A DNA stretch of 37,673 bases from Candidatus Methylomirabilia bacterium (GCA_041492755.1 JBGPXN010000028.1:1-37673); one strand, 5' to 3'. Positions 26,555 through 35,842 are shown, counted from the first letter of the stretch. The notes: generated by a model not told the origin, from the letters alone. Numbers and translations: made by a program.

Positions 26555-27316
26555 TCAAAAGCTCAACCGATCCCGGAGCGCGCGGACACGGTCGCGGGCG
26601 ACGGTCAGCTCGGTGTGCTTGGCGTCCTTCAGCCGCACGAGCATCCGTCCGCCGAACCACGTGTTGATGTCTTGCACCCAGGCCAGGTTCAGGATGATGG
26701 CGCGGTGGATGCGGACGAAGCGCCCGGGATCGAGCTTGCGCTCGAGCTCGGCGATGGTGGCGTCGATCGCGTCGGCACGTCCGTCGGCCGCGGCAAAGGT
26801 CAGCTTGTCCTTGGCGAAGAAATGCGTGACGTGGGTGAGCTCGATGAGATGCACGCGCTCCCCCACCCGCGAGGCAAGCCGGTCGGGAAACGCCGACTGC
26901 TTGCGCAGGACCGACTCGAGCCGCTCCAGCATCGTGGAGAGCCCGGCACCACCCTCGTCCTTCCTGCGCGCGCACCGGTCGAGCGCCTGCCCGAGCCGCC
27001 CGCGCTCGATCGGCTTGAGCAGGTAGTCGATCGAGTTCACCTCGAACGCGCGCACGGCGTGCTCGCTGTAGGCGGTGGTGAAGACGACCATCGGTGGCGA
27101 CGGCAGCCGTGCCAGCAGGTCGAAGCCGCTGAGTCCCGGCATCTCGATGTCGAGGAAGAGCACGTCCACGTCGGTGACGTCGAGGGCCTGCAGCGCCGCC
27201 GGCGCGTCGCGGGCCGAACCGACCACGGTGGCCCGGCCCGTCGCCTCCAGCAGGCGGGTGAGCCGCCGCACCGCGAGCGGCTCGTCGTCCACCACGAAGG
27301 CACGGAGCTGGGTCAT
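26555..27316 (-). CDS. LytTR-family response regulator
   Basis: VVDDEPLA, FLDIEMP, FTTAY, DYLLKP and FVRIHR motifs. Confidence 0.93.
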   Translation of the reverse strand: MTQLRAFVVDDEPLAVRRLTRLLEATGRATVVGSARDAPAALQALDVTDVDVLFLDIEMPGLSGFDLLARLPSPPMVVFTTAYSEHAVRAFEVNSIDYLLKPIERGRLGQALDRCARRKDEGGAGLSTMLERLESVLRKQSAFPDRLASRVGERVHLIELTHVTHFFAKDKLTFAAADGRADAIDATIAELERKLDPGRFVRIHRAIILNLAWVQDINTWFGGRMLVRLKDAKHTELTVARDRVRALRDRLSF

Positions 27317-28449
27317 ACGCGGACGGGCACGTCCCCCTCGATTCGCGGCACCGAGAACGACACGACGGTCCGCGCGCCGGGCGTGGGTACCGAGAGCCGG
27401 GCTTCGGATCCGAACAGCGCGACCAGACGCCCGCGCAGGTTGTCGAGGCCGTGGCCGGCGGGCAACGCGTCCAGGACGAAGCCACTGCCGCTGTCCGAGA
27501 CCTCGATCACGAGCTGGGCATTTTCCGCGCGCGCGGTCACCCGGACGTCGCCGCCGCCGGGGCGGGGCGCGATGGCGTGCTTGACACTGTTCTGCACGAG
27601 CGTGTGCACGGCCAGCGGCGGGACGGCGCACGCGCGCAACGGCTCCGGCACGTCGATCGTGTAGCGCAGCCGATCGCCGAAGCGCGCCTTTTCGATCTCC
27701 AGGTAGTCGCCCACGATCGACAGCTCATGGGCGAGCGCCACCGTGCCGGCGCCGCCGCCGTCGAGCGACACACGCAGGAGCGCGGCCAGCCGCTCCACCA
27801 GGCGCTCAGCGGCCGGGGGGTCCTCCTGGATGAGGGCCGAGATCGAGTTCAGCGTGTTGAACAGGAAGTGCGGGTGGATCTGCGCGGCCAGCGAGGCCAG
27901 CCGCGCATCCGCGGCCAGCTTCTCGGCGCGTTCCCGCGCGAGCGCCGCTTCCTGCAGCTCGTGCGTGGCCACGGTGAGCCGGCGGTGCAGCGATTTGTAG
28001 AAGAGCATTCCGGCGGAGAACGCCAGGGCGACAACGATGCCGATGCGCGAGCTGAAGCGGAAGATGGGCCAGAACTCGGCGGGCCGGAAGATGCCGGCCA
28101 GCACGAGCATCGCGTCACCGAGCAGGGTGCCGACGAGCGCGGCCGCCACGACCACGGCGGCCACGGCCGGCACGACGAGGCCGAAACGCGCGCCGCCGAG
28201 CCGGGCGGCGACCCAGGGAACGGCGAGACAGGCGAGCCCCCCGGTCGTGGTGGCGAAGACGAGCGACACGAGCGCCGTCCACACGAGCGACCCGCGCACG
28301 AGGGGGACCCCGAACACCACCAGCAGAACCGTCACCGCCACCGCGGAGACGAGGATGATGGCGAGCGAGCGCCGCCCACCCCCCCTGCCCGGGGCCGCCG
28401 TCGGCATCGCGCCGGATCGTACCACGCGCCCCGTACCGGCCCCGTCCAT
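27313..28449 (-). CDS. LytS/AlgZ-type sensor histidine kinase
   Basis: QIHPHFLFNTLN, YLEIEKARFGDRL, NSVKH and GHGLDN motifs; 4 TM. Start at 28449 (GGAGG RBS) or 28407 (leaderless-type). Confidence 0.9.
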   Translation of the reverse strand: MDGAGTGRVVRSGAMPTAAPGRGGGRRSLAIILVSAVAVTVLLVVFGVPLVRGSLVWTALVSLVFATTTGGLACLAVPWVAARLGGARFGLVVPAVAAVVVAAALVGTLLGDAMLVLAGIFRPAEFWPIFRFSSRIGIVVALAFSAGMLFYKSLHRRLTVATHELQEAALARERAEKLAADARLASLAAQIHPHFLFNTLNSISALIQEDPPAAERLVERLAALLRVSLDGGGAGTVALAHELSIVGDYLEIEKARFGDRLRYTIDVPEPLRACAVPPLAVHTLVQNSVKHAIAPRPGGGDVRVTARAENAQLVIEVSDSGSGFVLDALPAGHGLDNLRGRLVALFGSEARLSVPTPGARTVVSFSVPRIEGDVPVRV

Positions 28450-28503
28450 GGGTCCTCCCGCGCTCAGGATGGCGGCTCGCCAGCCCGGGGCTCCGAACAA
28501 TCG

Positions 28504-28553
28504 GACGAAGGGGCGCCGCGGGGGATGAACGGCGCTCGGGGATGGACGAATCG
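28504..28553 (-). promoter_or_regulatory. Three AlgR-like LytTR binding boxes
   Basis: Minus strand CGATTCGTC (28553-28545), CCGTTCATC (28532-28524) and CCCTTCGTC (28512-28504), with periods of 21 and 20 bp. Confidence 0.55.
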
Positions 28554-28657
28554 CGAGCGGGCTGAACCAGGACTCGGTTCGGGGTAGAGCGCGCACGGGT
28601 GTCCGCGCCGCGCGCGCCGGACGTTCCGGCCGGCCGCGCGCGGCGCGGGACGGGGAG

Positions 28658-29116
28658 TCAGGCCGCCTTGGGTTGGCGCCGGCCGCGGACTTCCTCGAAG
28701 CGCTGCTCCATGCGCTCGCCGAGGTCCTCCAGCTCGTCAGTGCCCAGCTTCTGGGCCGACGTGAACATCTCGTCCTCTTCCTCTTCGACGTGGTGCTGGA
28801 CGAGCTCCGAGAGGACGGTCATCTTCGCCTCGAACCGCTCGTCCTCCGGATCGACTTGCGGCAGCTCGGCCAGAACGAGCTTGACCACGTGGTGCTCTTC
28901 GTAGGCCTCGGCCACCATCTCCTCGGCCTTCCTGGTCCCCAGCTCGCGAACCGCCGGGTAGAACATCTCCTCCTCGATGGTCATGTGGGCCTCGAGGTCC
29001 GTGGCGATCTGGTCGAGGAGCTGCCGGCGCGTCCGGGCGTTCTCAGTCTTCTCGATCTTCTTGAACAGACCCTTGACTTCCTTGTGCTGGCGCTTGAGCA
29101 GGTCGGTTGCCTTCAT
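28658..29116 (-). CDS. Hemerythrin (HHE) domain protein
   Basis: QH, HMTIEEEMFYP, EEH and HHVEEEE motifs; AGGAG RBS. Confidence 0.9.
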   Translation of the reverse strand: MKATDLLKRQHKEVKGLFKKIEKTENARTRRQLLDQIATDLEAHMTIEEEMFYPAVRELGTRKAEEMVAEAYEEHHVVKLVLAELPQVDPEDERFEAKMTVLSELVQHHVEEEEDEMFTSAQKLGTDELEDLGERMEQRFEEVRGRRQPKAA

Positions 29117-29198
29117 TGCTGCCCTCCTTTCGGAGGGACTTCGTAGCAAGATCGTTGCCGCCAGCCGCCGGCACCGCCCGCCTCCCACCCGTAATCGA

Positions 29199-29549
29199 TC
29201 ACTCCAGCGTGACGAAAATGCAGTTGCGGAGCTTGCCGTCGAGCGCCTTGGACAGGTGGCCCTTGCCCCACGTGTCCTCCACGAGCAGGACCTCACCGGC
29301 CCCGATCTTGCGCGACTCGCCGTCACCGGCCGTGATCTGCACGCCGGCGTCGAGGTTGATGATGTACTGCCGGCGCGGGGCCGAGTGCCAATCGAGGTCG
29401 TAGTCGGGCTGGACCTCGCGAAAGATGATCCCGGTGGCCGGCATCCGGGCCGACATCCGTCCCGCGGGGGTCTTGTCCACGTATTCGATCTCGACGTTCT
29501 GGAAATGCGACTGGCCATTCTGGTCGGCGTACAGTCGGTGGATCTTCAT
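29199..29549 (-). CDS. Small cupin-like protein
   Basis: YADQNGQSHF, WHSAPRRQ and EDTWGKGH motifs; GGAGG RBS. Confidence 0.8.
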   Translation of the reverse strand: MKIHRLYADQNGQSHFQNVEIEYVDKTPAGRMSARMPATGIIFREVQPDYDLDWHSAPRRQYIINLDAGVQITAGDGESRKIGAGEVLLVEDTWGKGHLSKALDGKLRNCIFVTLE

Positions 29550-29623
29550 CGGGTCCTCCCGGGATTGGGGGCACAGCCTCGGCGCCTCAGGCGCCCTATG
29601 ACTCACGGTGCGCGATTGCCGGG

Positions 29624-29639
29624 CGATGATATACCATCG
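29624..29639. promoter_or_regulatory. Near-palindromic candidate operator between divergent genes
   Basis: CGATGATATACCATCG; the core TGATATACCA resembles GntR/FadR-type sites. Confidence 0.35.
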
Positions 29640-29674
29640 GCCCCGGCGACTCACTGTTGACCGGGAGGACTCAC

Positions 29675-30310
29675 ATGATCTACGAGCTCAGGACCTACAC
29701 TCTTACGCCCGGCGCGCAGCCCAAGTACCTCAAGCTCAACGCCGAGGTCGGCCGCAAGATCCGCGGCGACAACTACGGCAAGCTCGAGGGCGGCTGGACC
29801 ACCGACTTCGGCACGCTCAACCAGTACGTGCACCTCTGGAACTACCCGAGCCACGAGGAGCGTGACCGCCTGCGCGGCGCGCTCGCCAAGAACGAGGCGT
29901 GGTCCAAGGAGTACGTCCCGCAAATCCGCCAGCTCATGCTGGCCCAGGAAAACAAGATCCTGTCCCCGGTCGTACCCCTGAAGCCGCCGACGACGAGCGG
30001 CAATATCTACGAGCTGCGCTGGTACCGCACCCTGCCGGGCCGGACCGGCGAGTGGCTCGCCCTCTTCAAGGACGTGCTGCCGGCACGGGAGAAGTATTCC
30101 AAGAACGTCGGCCTGTGGCAGACGGAGATGGGCCAGCTCAACGAAGTCGTGCACCTCTGGTCCTATGCCGATCTCAACGCGCGCGCCGCCGCGCGTACGG
30201 GGGCGCTCGCCAACCCGGATTGGCAGGCGTATCTCGGCAAGTCACTGCCGCTGCTTCTGGAGCAAAAAGCCGTCGTCCTGGTCCCCACCCCCGTCTCGCC
30301 CATGCGCTGA
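29675..30310 (+). CDS. Tandem-domain NIPSNAP family protein
   Basis: Two IYELR...HLW.Y repeats; GGAGG RBS. Confidence 0.88.
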   Translation: MIYELRTYTLTPGAQPKYLKLNAEVGRKIRGDNYGKLEGGWTTDFGTLNQYVHLWNYPSHEERDRLRGALAKNEAWSKEYVPQIRQLMLAQENKILSPVVPLKPPTTSGNIYELRWYRTLPGRTGEWLALFKDVLPAREKYSKNVGLWQTEMGQLNEVVHLWSYADLNARAAARTGALANPDWQAYLGKSLPLLLEQKAVVLVPTPVSPMR

Positions 30311-30393
30311 CCCGTCCGTACGTGAAGAACCTCGTTCCGCACCACGCGCTGTACAACTACGGGCGCATGCAAGAGGTGTGGCTCGACAAGTGA
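30311..30393 (+). pseudogene. C-terminal remnant of a family 5 ABC substrate-binding protein
   Basis: PYVKNLVPHHALYNYGRMQEVWLDK*, a typical SBP_bac_5 C-terminus. Confidence 0.6.
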
Positions 30394-30466
30394 AGGAGGT
30401 CTTGACCCACTACCCGACAAGGCGGCCAAGCGTTGACCGCCCCGGAGTGGGGTATAGTACCGGGCC

Positions 30467-31513
30467 ATGACTGAACTAGCCGGTCCGCGCTTCGTCACGT
30501 TGCCCGAGATGCGCCGCGCTGCCCGCCAGTGCCTGCCCCGCGATCATTGGAACTTCGGCGCCGGTGGGTCCGAGACCGAGACGACGCGCCGTCGCAACCG
30601 CCGTCATCTGGACCGCCTCGCTATCCAGCAGAACGTGCTCGTCGACGTGCGCGAGATCGACCTGCGCTCGAAGTTTCTCGGCGTGCCGCTCTCGTGTCCG
30701 GTCTCCGTCGCGCCCATGGGGGGCCTCGTCCTCTTCCACCGCGAAGGCGACGTCGAGATGGCCCGGGGGGCGGGGCAGGCCGACACGCTGCAATGGCTCA
30801 GCGGCGCCACCGGCTGGCCGGTCGAGGACGTGGCCAAGGCCGGCGGCGCACCGCAGATGTTCCAGCTCTATCACCACGGCGACCGCGGCTGGGTCAGCGA
30901 GCTCCTGGCGCGGGTCGAAGCCTCCCGCTACCACGCGGTCGCGCTGACCGTGGACACCCAGCACTACAGCCGCCGCGAGCGCGACATCCTCTCGCGCTTC
31001 AGCCCGCGCAAGGCGATGGAGATCGCGCCGAACCCGCGTGGGCCGGCGCACGACTACCAGAAACGTCTGACGTGGGCCGACGTCGAGTGGCTGATGAAGA
31101 CGACGAAGCTGCCCGTCGGGCTCAAGGGCATCCTGACGACGCAGGACGCGCGCCGGGCCGTCGAGGTCGGCGTGCGGTTCGTCTGGGTCTCCAACCACGG
31201 CGGCCGGCAGCTCGATCACACGCAATCGTCGATCGAGGCGCTGCCCGCCATCGTCGACGCCGTGGGCGGCAAGGCCGAGATCGTGGTCGACGGCGGCTTC
31301 GCGCGCGGTACCGACGTCATCAAGGGCCTGGCCCGCGGCGCGAACCTGGTGGCGGTGGGCCGGACGTCCCTGTGGGGCCTCGCCGCCGACGGCGCAGCCG
31401 GCGTCGCCCGGGCGTTCGAGATCCTGCGCGACGAGATCCGCACCACGATGGGCCTCTGCGGTCGCACGAAGATCGCCGACCTCAAGCCCGATCTGATCGT
31501 GAGGGTGGACTAG
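30467..31513 (+). CDS. FMN-dependent alpha-hydroxy acid oxidase/dehydrogenase
   Basis: FQLY, LTVD, LKGI, SNHGGRQLD, DGG and GR motifs. Confidence 0.92.
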   Translation: MTELAGPRFVTLPEMRRAARQCLPRDHWNFGAGGSETETTRRRNRRHLDRLAIQQNVLVDVREIDLRSKFLGVPLSCPVSVAPMGGLVLFHREGDVEMARGAGQADTLQWLSGATGWPVEDVAKAGGAPQMFQLYHHGDRGWVSELLARVEASRYHAVALTVDTQHYSRRERDILSRFSPRKAMEIAPNPRGPAHDYQKRLTWADVEWLMKTTKLPVGLKGILTTQDARRAVEVGVRFVWVSNHGGRQLDHTQSSIEALPAIVDAVGGKAEIVVDGGFARGTDVIKGLARGANLVAVGRTSLWGLAADGAAGVARAFEILRDEIRTTMGLCGRTKIADLKPDLIVRVD

Positions 31514-31569
31514 CCGGCCCGGCCGATCGAACACGAGGTTCTCGAGCCGGAAGATCACCTCGGCCGGGC

Positions 31570-31655
31570 TTGACCACGTCGCTGAAGTAAAGTCCCCGGC
31601 CGGGCTCCCACACCGGGCCCTCGATCAGCCCGTAGCCGGTCGCGAGCGCGTCCAT
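31570..31655 (-). pseudogene. Truncated N-terminus of an SMP-30/gluconolactonase family gene
   Basis: MDALATGYGLIEGPVWEPGRGLYFSDVV with GGAGGG RBS; similarity ends abruptly. Confidence 0.65.
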
Positions 31656-31672
31656 CGCCAGGCCCTCCGGGC

Positions 31673-32650
31673 TTAACCGATCGCGCGGAGCTCCGGGACC
31701 ACCCACAGCGGCCGGCCACCGTTGGCCACGCGCTGGATGTTGTCGAAGCCGTTGCGGAACCGCGCCGCCCAGTTCTCCCACGTCGGTCCCGCCGAGTGCG
31801 GGGTGAGCGTGACGTTGGGCAGCGTGAACAGCGGATGCGGCCCCTTGGGCGGCTCTTCCACCAGGACGTCGAGACCGGCGCCGGCGATCTGTCCGTCCTT
31901 CAGCGCCTTGTAGAGCGCCTCTTCGTCGATCACGGGCCCGCGGCAGGTATTGATCAGCACCGCGCCCCGCTTCATGATCGACAGCTCGCGCGCCCCGATC
32001 ATGTTCCGCGTCGTGTCGTCGAGCGGCACGTGCAAGCTGACGATGTCCGACGTGCGCAGCAGCTCGGCGAACAGCACGAAGCGAACGCCGAGCGCGTCTT
32101 CCTGCTCTTCGGTGAGGCGGGCGACGTCGTAGTACTGCACCCGCGCGTCGAACGCCGCGGCCCGGCGCGCCACCTTCTTGCCGATGTTGCCGAGCCCGAC
32201 GATCCCGACCGTCTTCCCGGACAGCTCGTGGGTGCGGCTCTCCACCGAGTCCCCCACGCGCCACTTGCCGGCCACGACGTCGTTGTGGAAGCGGACCAGG
32301 CGCTTGAGGACGGCGAGCATCAGCATGAGCGTGTGCTCGGACACCGCGATGGCGTTGGCGCCGCCGTTGTTCGCCACCGGCACTTTCGCCTTTTTCGCCG
32401 CCTCCACGTCGACGCGGTCGTAGCCGGCGCTGAGCAGCTGGACCAGCCGCAGTTTCGGCGCGGACCGGAAGAACTCGCCGCCCATGTGGCGGGCGAGCCC
32501 GAGGTAGAACTCGGCGTCCGTGGCCGCCTGGATGAACTCCGGTGTCCCGGGGTCGGCTATCACGAGATCGAAGCCCGCCGGCGTCATGGATCGGGCAATC
32601 TCGAGAATGACGTCGGGCTGGCGCGGCGCGAAGAGGATCTTGGTTCCCAT
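31673..32650 (-). CDS. D-isomer specific 2-hydroxyacid dehydrogenase
   Basis: GIVGLGNIG, LHVPL, INTCRG, GLDV and TPHSAG motifs; AAGGAG RBS. Confidence 0.92.
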   Translation of the reverse strand: MGTKILFAPRQPDVILEIARSMTPAGFDLVIADPGTPEFIQAATDAEFYLGLARHMGGEFFRSAPKLRLVQLLSAGYDRVDVEAAKKAKVPVANNGGANAIAVSEHTLMLMLAVLKRLVRFHNDVVAGKWRVGDSVESRTHELSGKTVGIVGLGNIGKKVARRAAAFDARVQYYDVARLTEEQEDALGVRFVLFAELLRTSDIVSLHVPLDDTTRNMIGARELSIMKRGAVLINTCRGPVIDEEALYKALKDGQIAGAGLDVLVEEPPKGPHPLFTLPNVTLTPHSAGPTWENWAARFRNGFDNIQRVANGGRPLWVVPELRAIG

Positions 32651-32741
32651 GCTCGGCTCCTTGGTCCGCGGTCGGACCGTTCGGGTCATCGCCACCCTCG
32701 CGGGGTCGCGATCGGCGGGATGCTAGCATACGAAGCGGCCA

Positions 32742-33620
32742 ATGACCGCCTCCATGCCCGGCCCGACGTCACACAGCTTCTATTCCCAGCGGTTGCGCCT
32801 GCACTACGTGGACTGGGGCAACGCGGCGAAGCCCCCCCTGCTCCTCGTGCATGGCGGGCGGGATCACTGCCGCAACTGGGACTGGGTGGCCGCCGCCCTC
32901 CGCGACGACTGGCACATCATCGCGCCCGATCTGCGCGGGCACGGCGACAGCCAGTGGTCACCCGACGGCAGCTACATGATGGCCGGCTACATCTACGACC
33001 TCGCGCAGCTCATTCACCAGCAACGCCTGGCCCCGGTGACGATCGTCGCCCACTCGCTCGGCGGCAACCTCGCGCTGCGTTACGCCGGGATCTATCCGGA
33101 CACGGTGGCGCGGCTGGTGGCGATCGAAGGCCTGGGGCCGCCGCCGGCGAAGCTGGCCGAGCGCCAGGCGCGAACGATCGTCGAGCGCATGGACGATTGG
33201 ATCCGCGAGCAGCGCGGGCTGGCCGGACGATTGCCGCGCCGCTACGCGTCGATCGAAGACGCGTTCCGCCGCATGCAGGACGAGAACCCGCACCTCACGG
33301 CCGAGCAGGCGCGCCACCTGACGATCCACGGCGCCAACCAGAACGAGGACGGCACGTATTCCTGGAAGTTCGACAACTACGTGCGCTCGTGGGCGCCGTA
33401 CGACATGCCCGGCCGTGACATCGCGCTGCTCTGGTCGCGGATCACCTGCCCCACCCTGCTGCTCTACGGCAAGGAGAGCCGGGCCGGCAATCCGGCCGAC
33501 GACGGCCGCACCGCGCCGTTCCGCCACGCCACCGTCGCCGGCCTCGAACACGCCGGCCACTGGCTCCACCACGATCAGCTCGACGACTTCCTCCGCATCC
33601 TGACCGGGTTTCTCCGCTGA
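32742..33620 (+). CDS. Alpha/beta hydrolase
   Basis: HGGRDH, DLRGHGDS, AHSLGG and AGHWLHHD motifs. Confidence 0.9.
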   Translation: MTASMPGPTSHSFYSQRLRLHYVDWGNAAKPPLLLVHGGRDHCRNWDWVAAALRDDWHIIAPDLRGHGDSQWSPDGSYMMAGYIYDLAQLIHQQRLAPVTIVAHSLGGNLALRYAGIYPDTVARLVAIEGLGPPPAKLAERQARTIVERMDDWIREQRGLAGRLPRRYASIEDAFRRMQDENPHLTAEQARHLTIHGANQNEDGTYSWKFDNYVRSWAPYDMPGRDIALLWSRITCPTLLLYGKESRAGNPADDGRTAPFRHATVAGLEHAGHWLHHDQLDDFLRILTGFLR

Positions 33621-33663
33621 TGAAGAGCCGCCCGCACCACTGCGGCGCTCATCCGTTCACCGG

Positions 33664-33794
33664 TCAACGTCCTCCCGGTTGGGGAGTGAGCCGCAAATAC
33701 GGCGTGACGCCTTCCAGCCCTTCGGGAACTTCGCGCGCGCCTCGTCGTCGCTGACCGCGGGCACGATGATCACGTCTTCGCCCTGACGCCAGTT
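33664..33794 (-). pseudogene. C-terminal remnant of a 1-Cys peroxiredoxin (Prx6), with an internal frameshift
   Basis: NWRQGEDVIIVPAVSDDEARAKFPKGWKA, then in a shifted frame VTPYLRLTPQPGGR*. Confidence 0.75.
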
Positions 33795-33811
33795 GAACTT
33801 AGACCCTATTC

Positions 33812-33840
33812 TTGACAATACCGATTGACAAGCGTAGTTT
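33812..33840 (+). promoter_or_regulatory. Sigma70 promoter for the zinc-ribbon/sulfite reductase operon
   Basis: TTGACA (33812)-17 nt-TAGTTT (33835) in an AT-rich patch; a second TTGACA at 33825. Confidence 0.7.
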
Positions 33841-33848
33841 TCCCGATT

Positions 33849-34049
33849 GTGCCGGCGAGCCCGACCCTGCAACAGAATCAGGACCGTGCCCGCTGCCCGG
33901 TGTGCCGGGAGACCCTGCTCGTCCGCAACCCGGGGGAAGTCATGATTCGCAACGCCATCCTGCGTGTGGATGAGCCGAGCGGACAGGTCACGGCGAAGTG
34001 TCCTCGCTGTAAGGCGTGGGTGGAGGTTCCGCTGCGCTACACGGGGTGA
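33849..34049 (+). CDS. Small zinc-ribbon protein (CxxC...CxxC), 66 aa
   Basis: CPVC and CPRC motifs; GTG lies 8 nt after the -10 element. Confidence 0.6.
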   Translation: MPASPTLQQNQDRARCPVCRETLLVRNPGEVMIRNAILRVDEPSGQVTAKCPRCKAWVEVPLRYTG

Positions 34050-34147
34050 CGGCACGCGACACGGCGAAAGTCACGGTCGAAGACGAGAGCCGGGAGCACG
34101 GGCGCGGGCCCTTCCCGGCTCTCGTGCTTCCGGGATCGGGGGACGGC

Positions 34148-35842
34148 GTGAGCGAGACAGTGAAAGAAACGAAGGCCCAGCGGGCGGAGCGGCTCAAGCG
34201 CGAGCTCAATCCGTGGGAGGCCTACGACGAGATCAAGCGCTTCGCGCGTGAGGGCTACGAGGCCATCCCGCCGGAGTGGGCCACCTATTTCCGCTGGTGG
34301 GGCATCTACAGCCAGGGCGATGGCGTCGGTGTCGTCGGCGGCCGCGGCGGTGAAGGCCGCGCCACCCGCCACTTCATGCTCCGCATCCGCATTCCGAACG
34401 GTGTGCTGGCCTCGCACCAGGCGCGCACGATCGCCGAGCTCGCCGAGCGTCACGCCCGCGGCGTCGCCGATCTCACGGTACGGCAGAACGTGCAGCTCCA
34501 CTGGCTCACGATCGAAGACGTACCGGTCGTCTTCGAAGCGCTCTGGCGGGCGGGCATCTCGAGCCTCGGCGCGTGCGGCGATGTCACGCGCAACGTGACC
34601 GGGTGTCCGGTCGCCGGCGTGGACGGCGAGGAGCTGGTCGACGCCTCACCGCTGGTGTTCGAGGCGACCCGGCTGCTCAACGGCAACCCCGACTTCTACA
34701 ACCTCCCGCGCAAGTACAAGGTCTCGATCAGCGGGTGCCGGACGTGGTGCGCGTACCCGGAGATCAACGACGTCGGGCTCACTGCCGTCCGCCATCCCGA
34801 CTCGGGCGAGATCGGCTTCTCGCTCCGCGTGGGCGGCGGCCTCTCCACCGATCCGCATCTCGGCGTGCGGCTCGACAGCTTCGTGCGCTGGCGCGAAGTC
34901 GTCCCGGTGGTGCGCGCCGTCTCGGAGATCTTCCGCGACAGCGACGGGCTCCGGCAGAACCGCGAAAAGGCGCGGCTGAAGTTCCTGTTCATCAACGGCG
35001 GCTGGACCGCTACGCGGTTCCTCGACGAGCTCCAACGCCGTCTCGGCTTCGCGCTGGAACCCGGCGTACCCGATTCACCGCCCGACGACGTCGCCCGCGA
35101 TCACGTGGGCATCCACAAGCAGCGCCAGGCCGACCGTTACTACGTCGGTCTGCCCGTGCTCCGTGGGCGGCTGACCGCCACCCAGATGCGCGCGGTGGCC
35201 GACCTCGCGGACCGTCATGGCTCCGGCCAGCTCCGCACGACGACGACCCAGAACCTCCTGGTGCTGGACGTCCCGCGCGCGCGTGCCGGCGCGCTGGCTC
35301 GAGACGTCGAGGCGCTCGGCTTCCCGCTCGACGCGTCGCAGTTTCGGCGCGGCACCGTGGCCTGCACCGGAACCGAGTTCTGCAAGCTCGCGCTCACGGA
35401 GACCAAGAGTTTTTCGCGCTGGCTCGTGGAGGAGCTCGAGGCGCGCCTTCCGGGTTTCGACCGCCACGTGCGGATCCACGTCACCGGGTGCCCCAATTCC
35501 TGCGGCCAGCATTGGATCGCCGACGTCGGCATCGAAGGCAAGAAGCTCAAGATCGACGGCGCGCTCGTCGACGCCTACTACTTCTGTCTCGGCGGCGCCG
35601 TGGGACGCCACCAGGCCGTTGCGCGGCCGGTGGGGTACCGCGTTGCCGCGAGCGAAGTGCCAGCCGCGATCGAGCGGCTGCTGCGCCAATATCTCGCAGA
35701 CCGGAGCCAGGACGAGAGCTTCCGTGAGTTCACCGCGCGACACAGCGACGAGGAGCTGCGCGCGTTCCTGGCCGATGAGCTGGTCGCTGCGGTCGAGCGC
35801 GACGTTCCGGCCGGCCGACCGCCGCACGGCGTGGACGGATGA
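34148..35842 (+). CDS. Ferredoxin-dependent sulfite/nitrite reductase hemoprotein (Sir/NirA type)
   Basis: MLRIRIPNG, TVRQNVQ, NLPRKYK, and siroheme/4Fe-4S ligands ACTGTEFC and GCPNSC. Confidence 0.92.
   Translation: MSETVKETKAQRAERLKRELNPWEAYDEIKRFAREGYEAIPPEWATYFRWWGIYSQGDGVGVVGGRGGEGRATRHFMLRIRIPNGVLASHQARTIAELAERHARGVADLTVRQNVQLHWLTIEDVPVVFEALWRAGISSLGACGDVTRNVTGCPVAGVDGEELVDASPLVFEATRLLNGNPDFYNLPRKYKVSISGCRTWCAYPEINDVGLTAVRHPDSGEIGFSLRVGGGLSTDPHLGVRLDSFVRWREVVPVVRAVSEIFRDSDGLRQNREKARLKFLFINGGWTATRFLDELQRRLGFALEPGVPDSPPDDVARDHVGIHKQRQADRYYVGLPVLRGRLTATQMRAVADLADRHGSGQLRTTTTQNLLVLDVPRARAGALARDVEALGFPLDASQFRRGTVACTGTEFCKLALTETKSFSRWLVEELEARLPGFDRHVRIHVTGCPNSCGQHWIADVGIEGKKLKIDGALVDAYYFCLGGAVGRHQAVARPVGYRVAASEVPAAIERLLRQYLADRSQDESFREFTARHSDEELRAFLADELVAAVERDVPAGRPPHGVDG

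Noticed and set aside
22890..27026. 1378-aa plus-strand ORF, and the 1100-aa minus-strand ORF at 22912-26214
   Set aside because: Arg/Gly/Pro-rich shadow frames overlapping the clear MFS, kinase and LytTR genes; expected at high GC.
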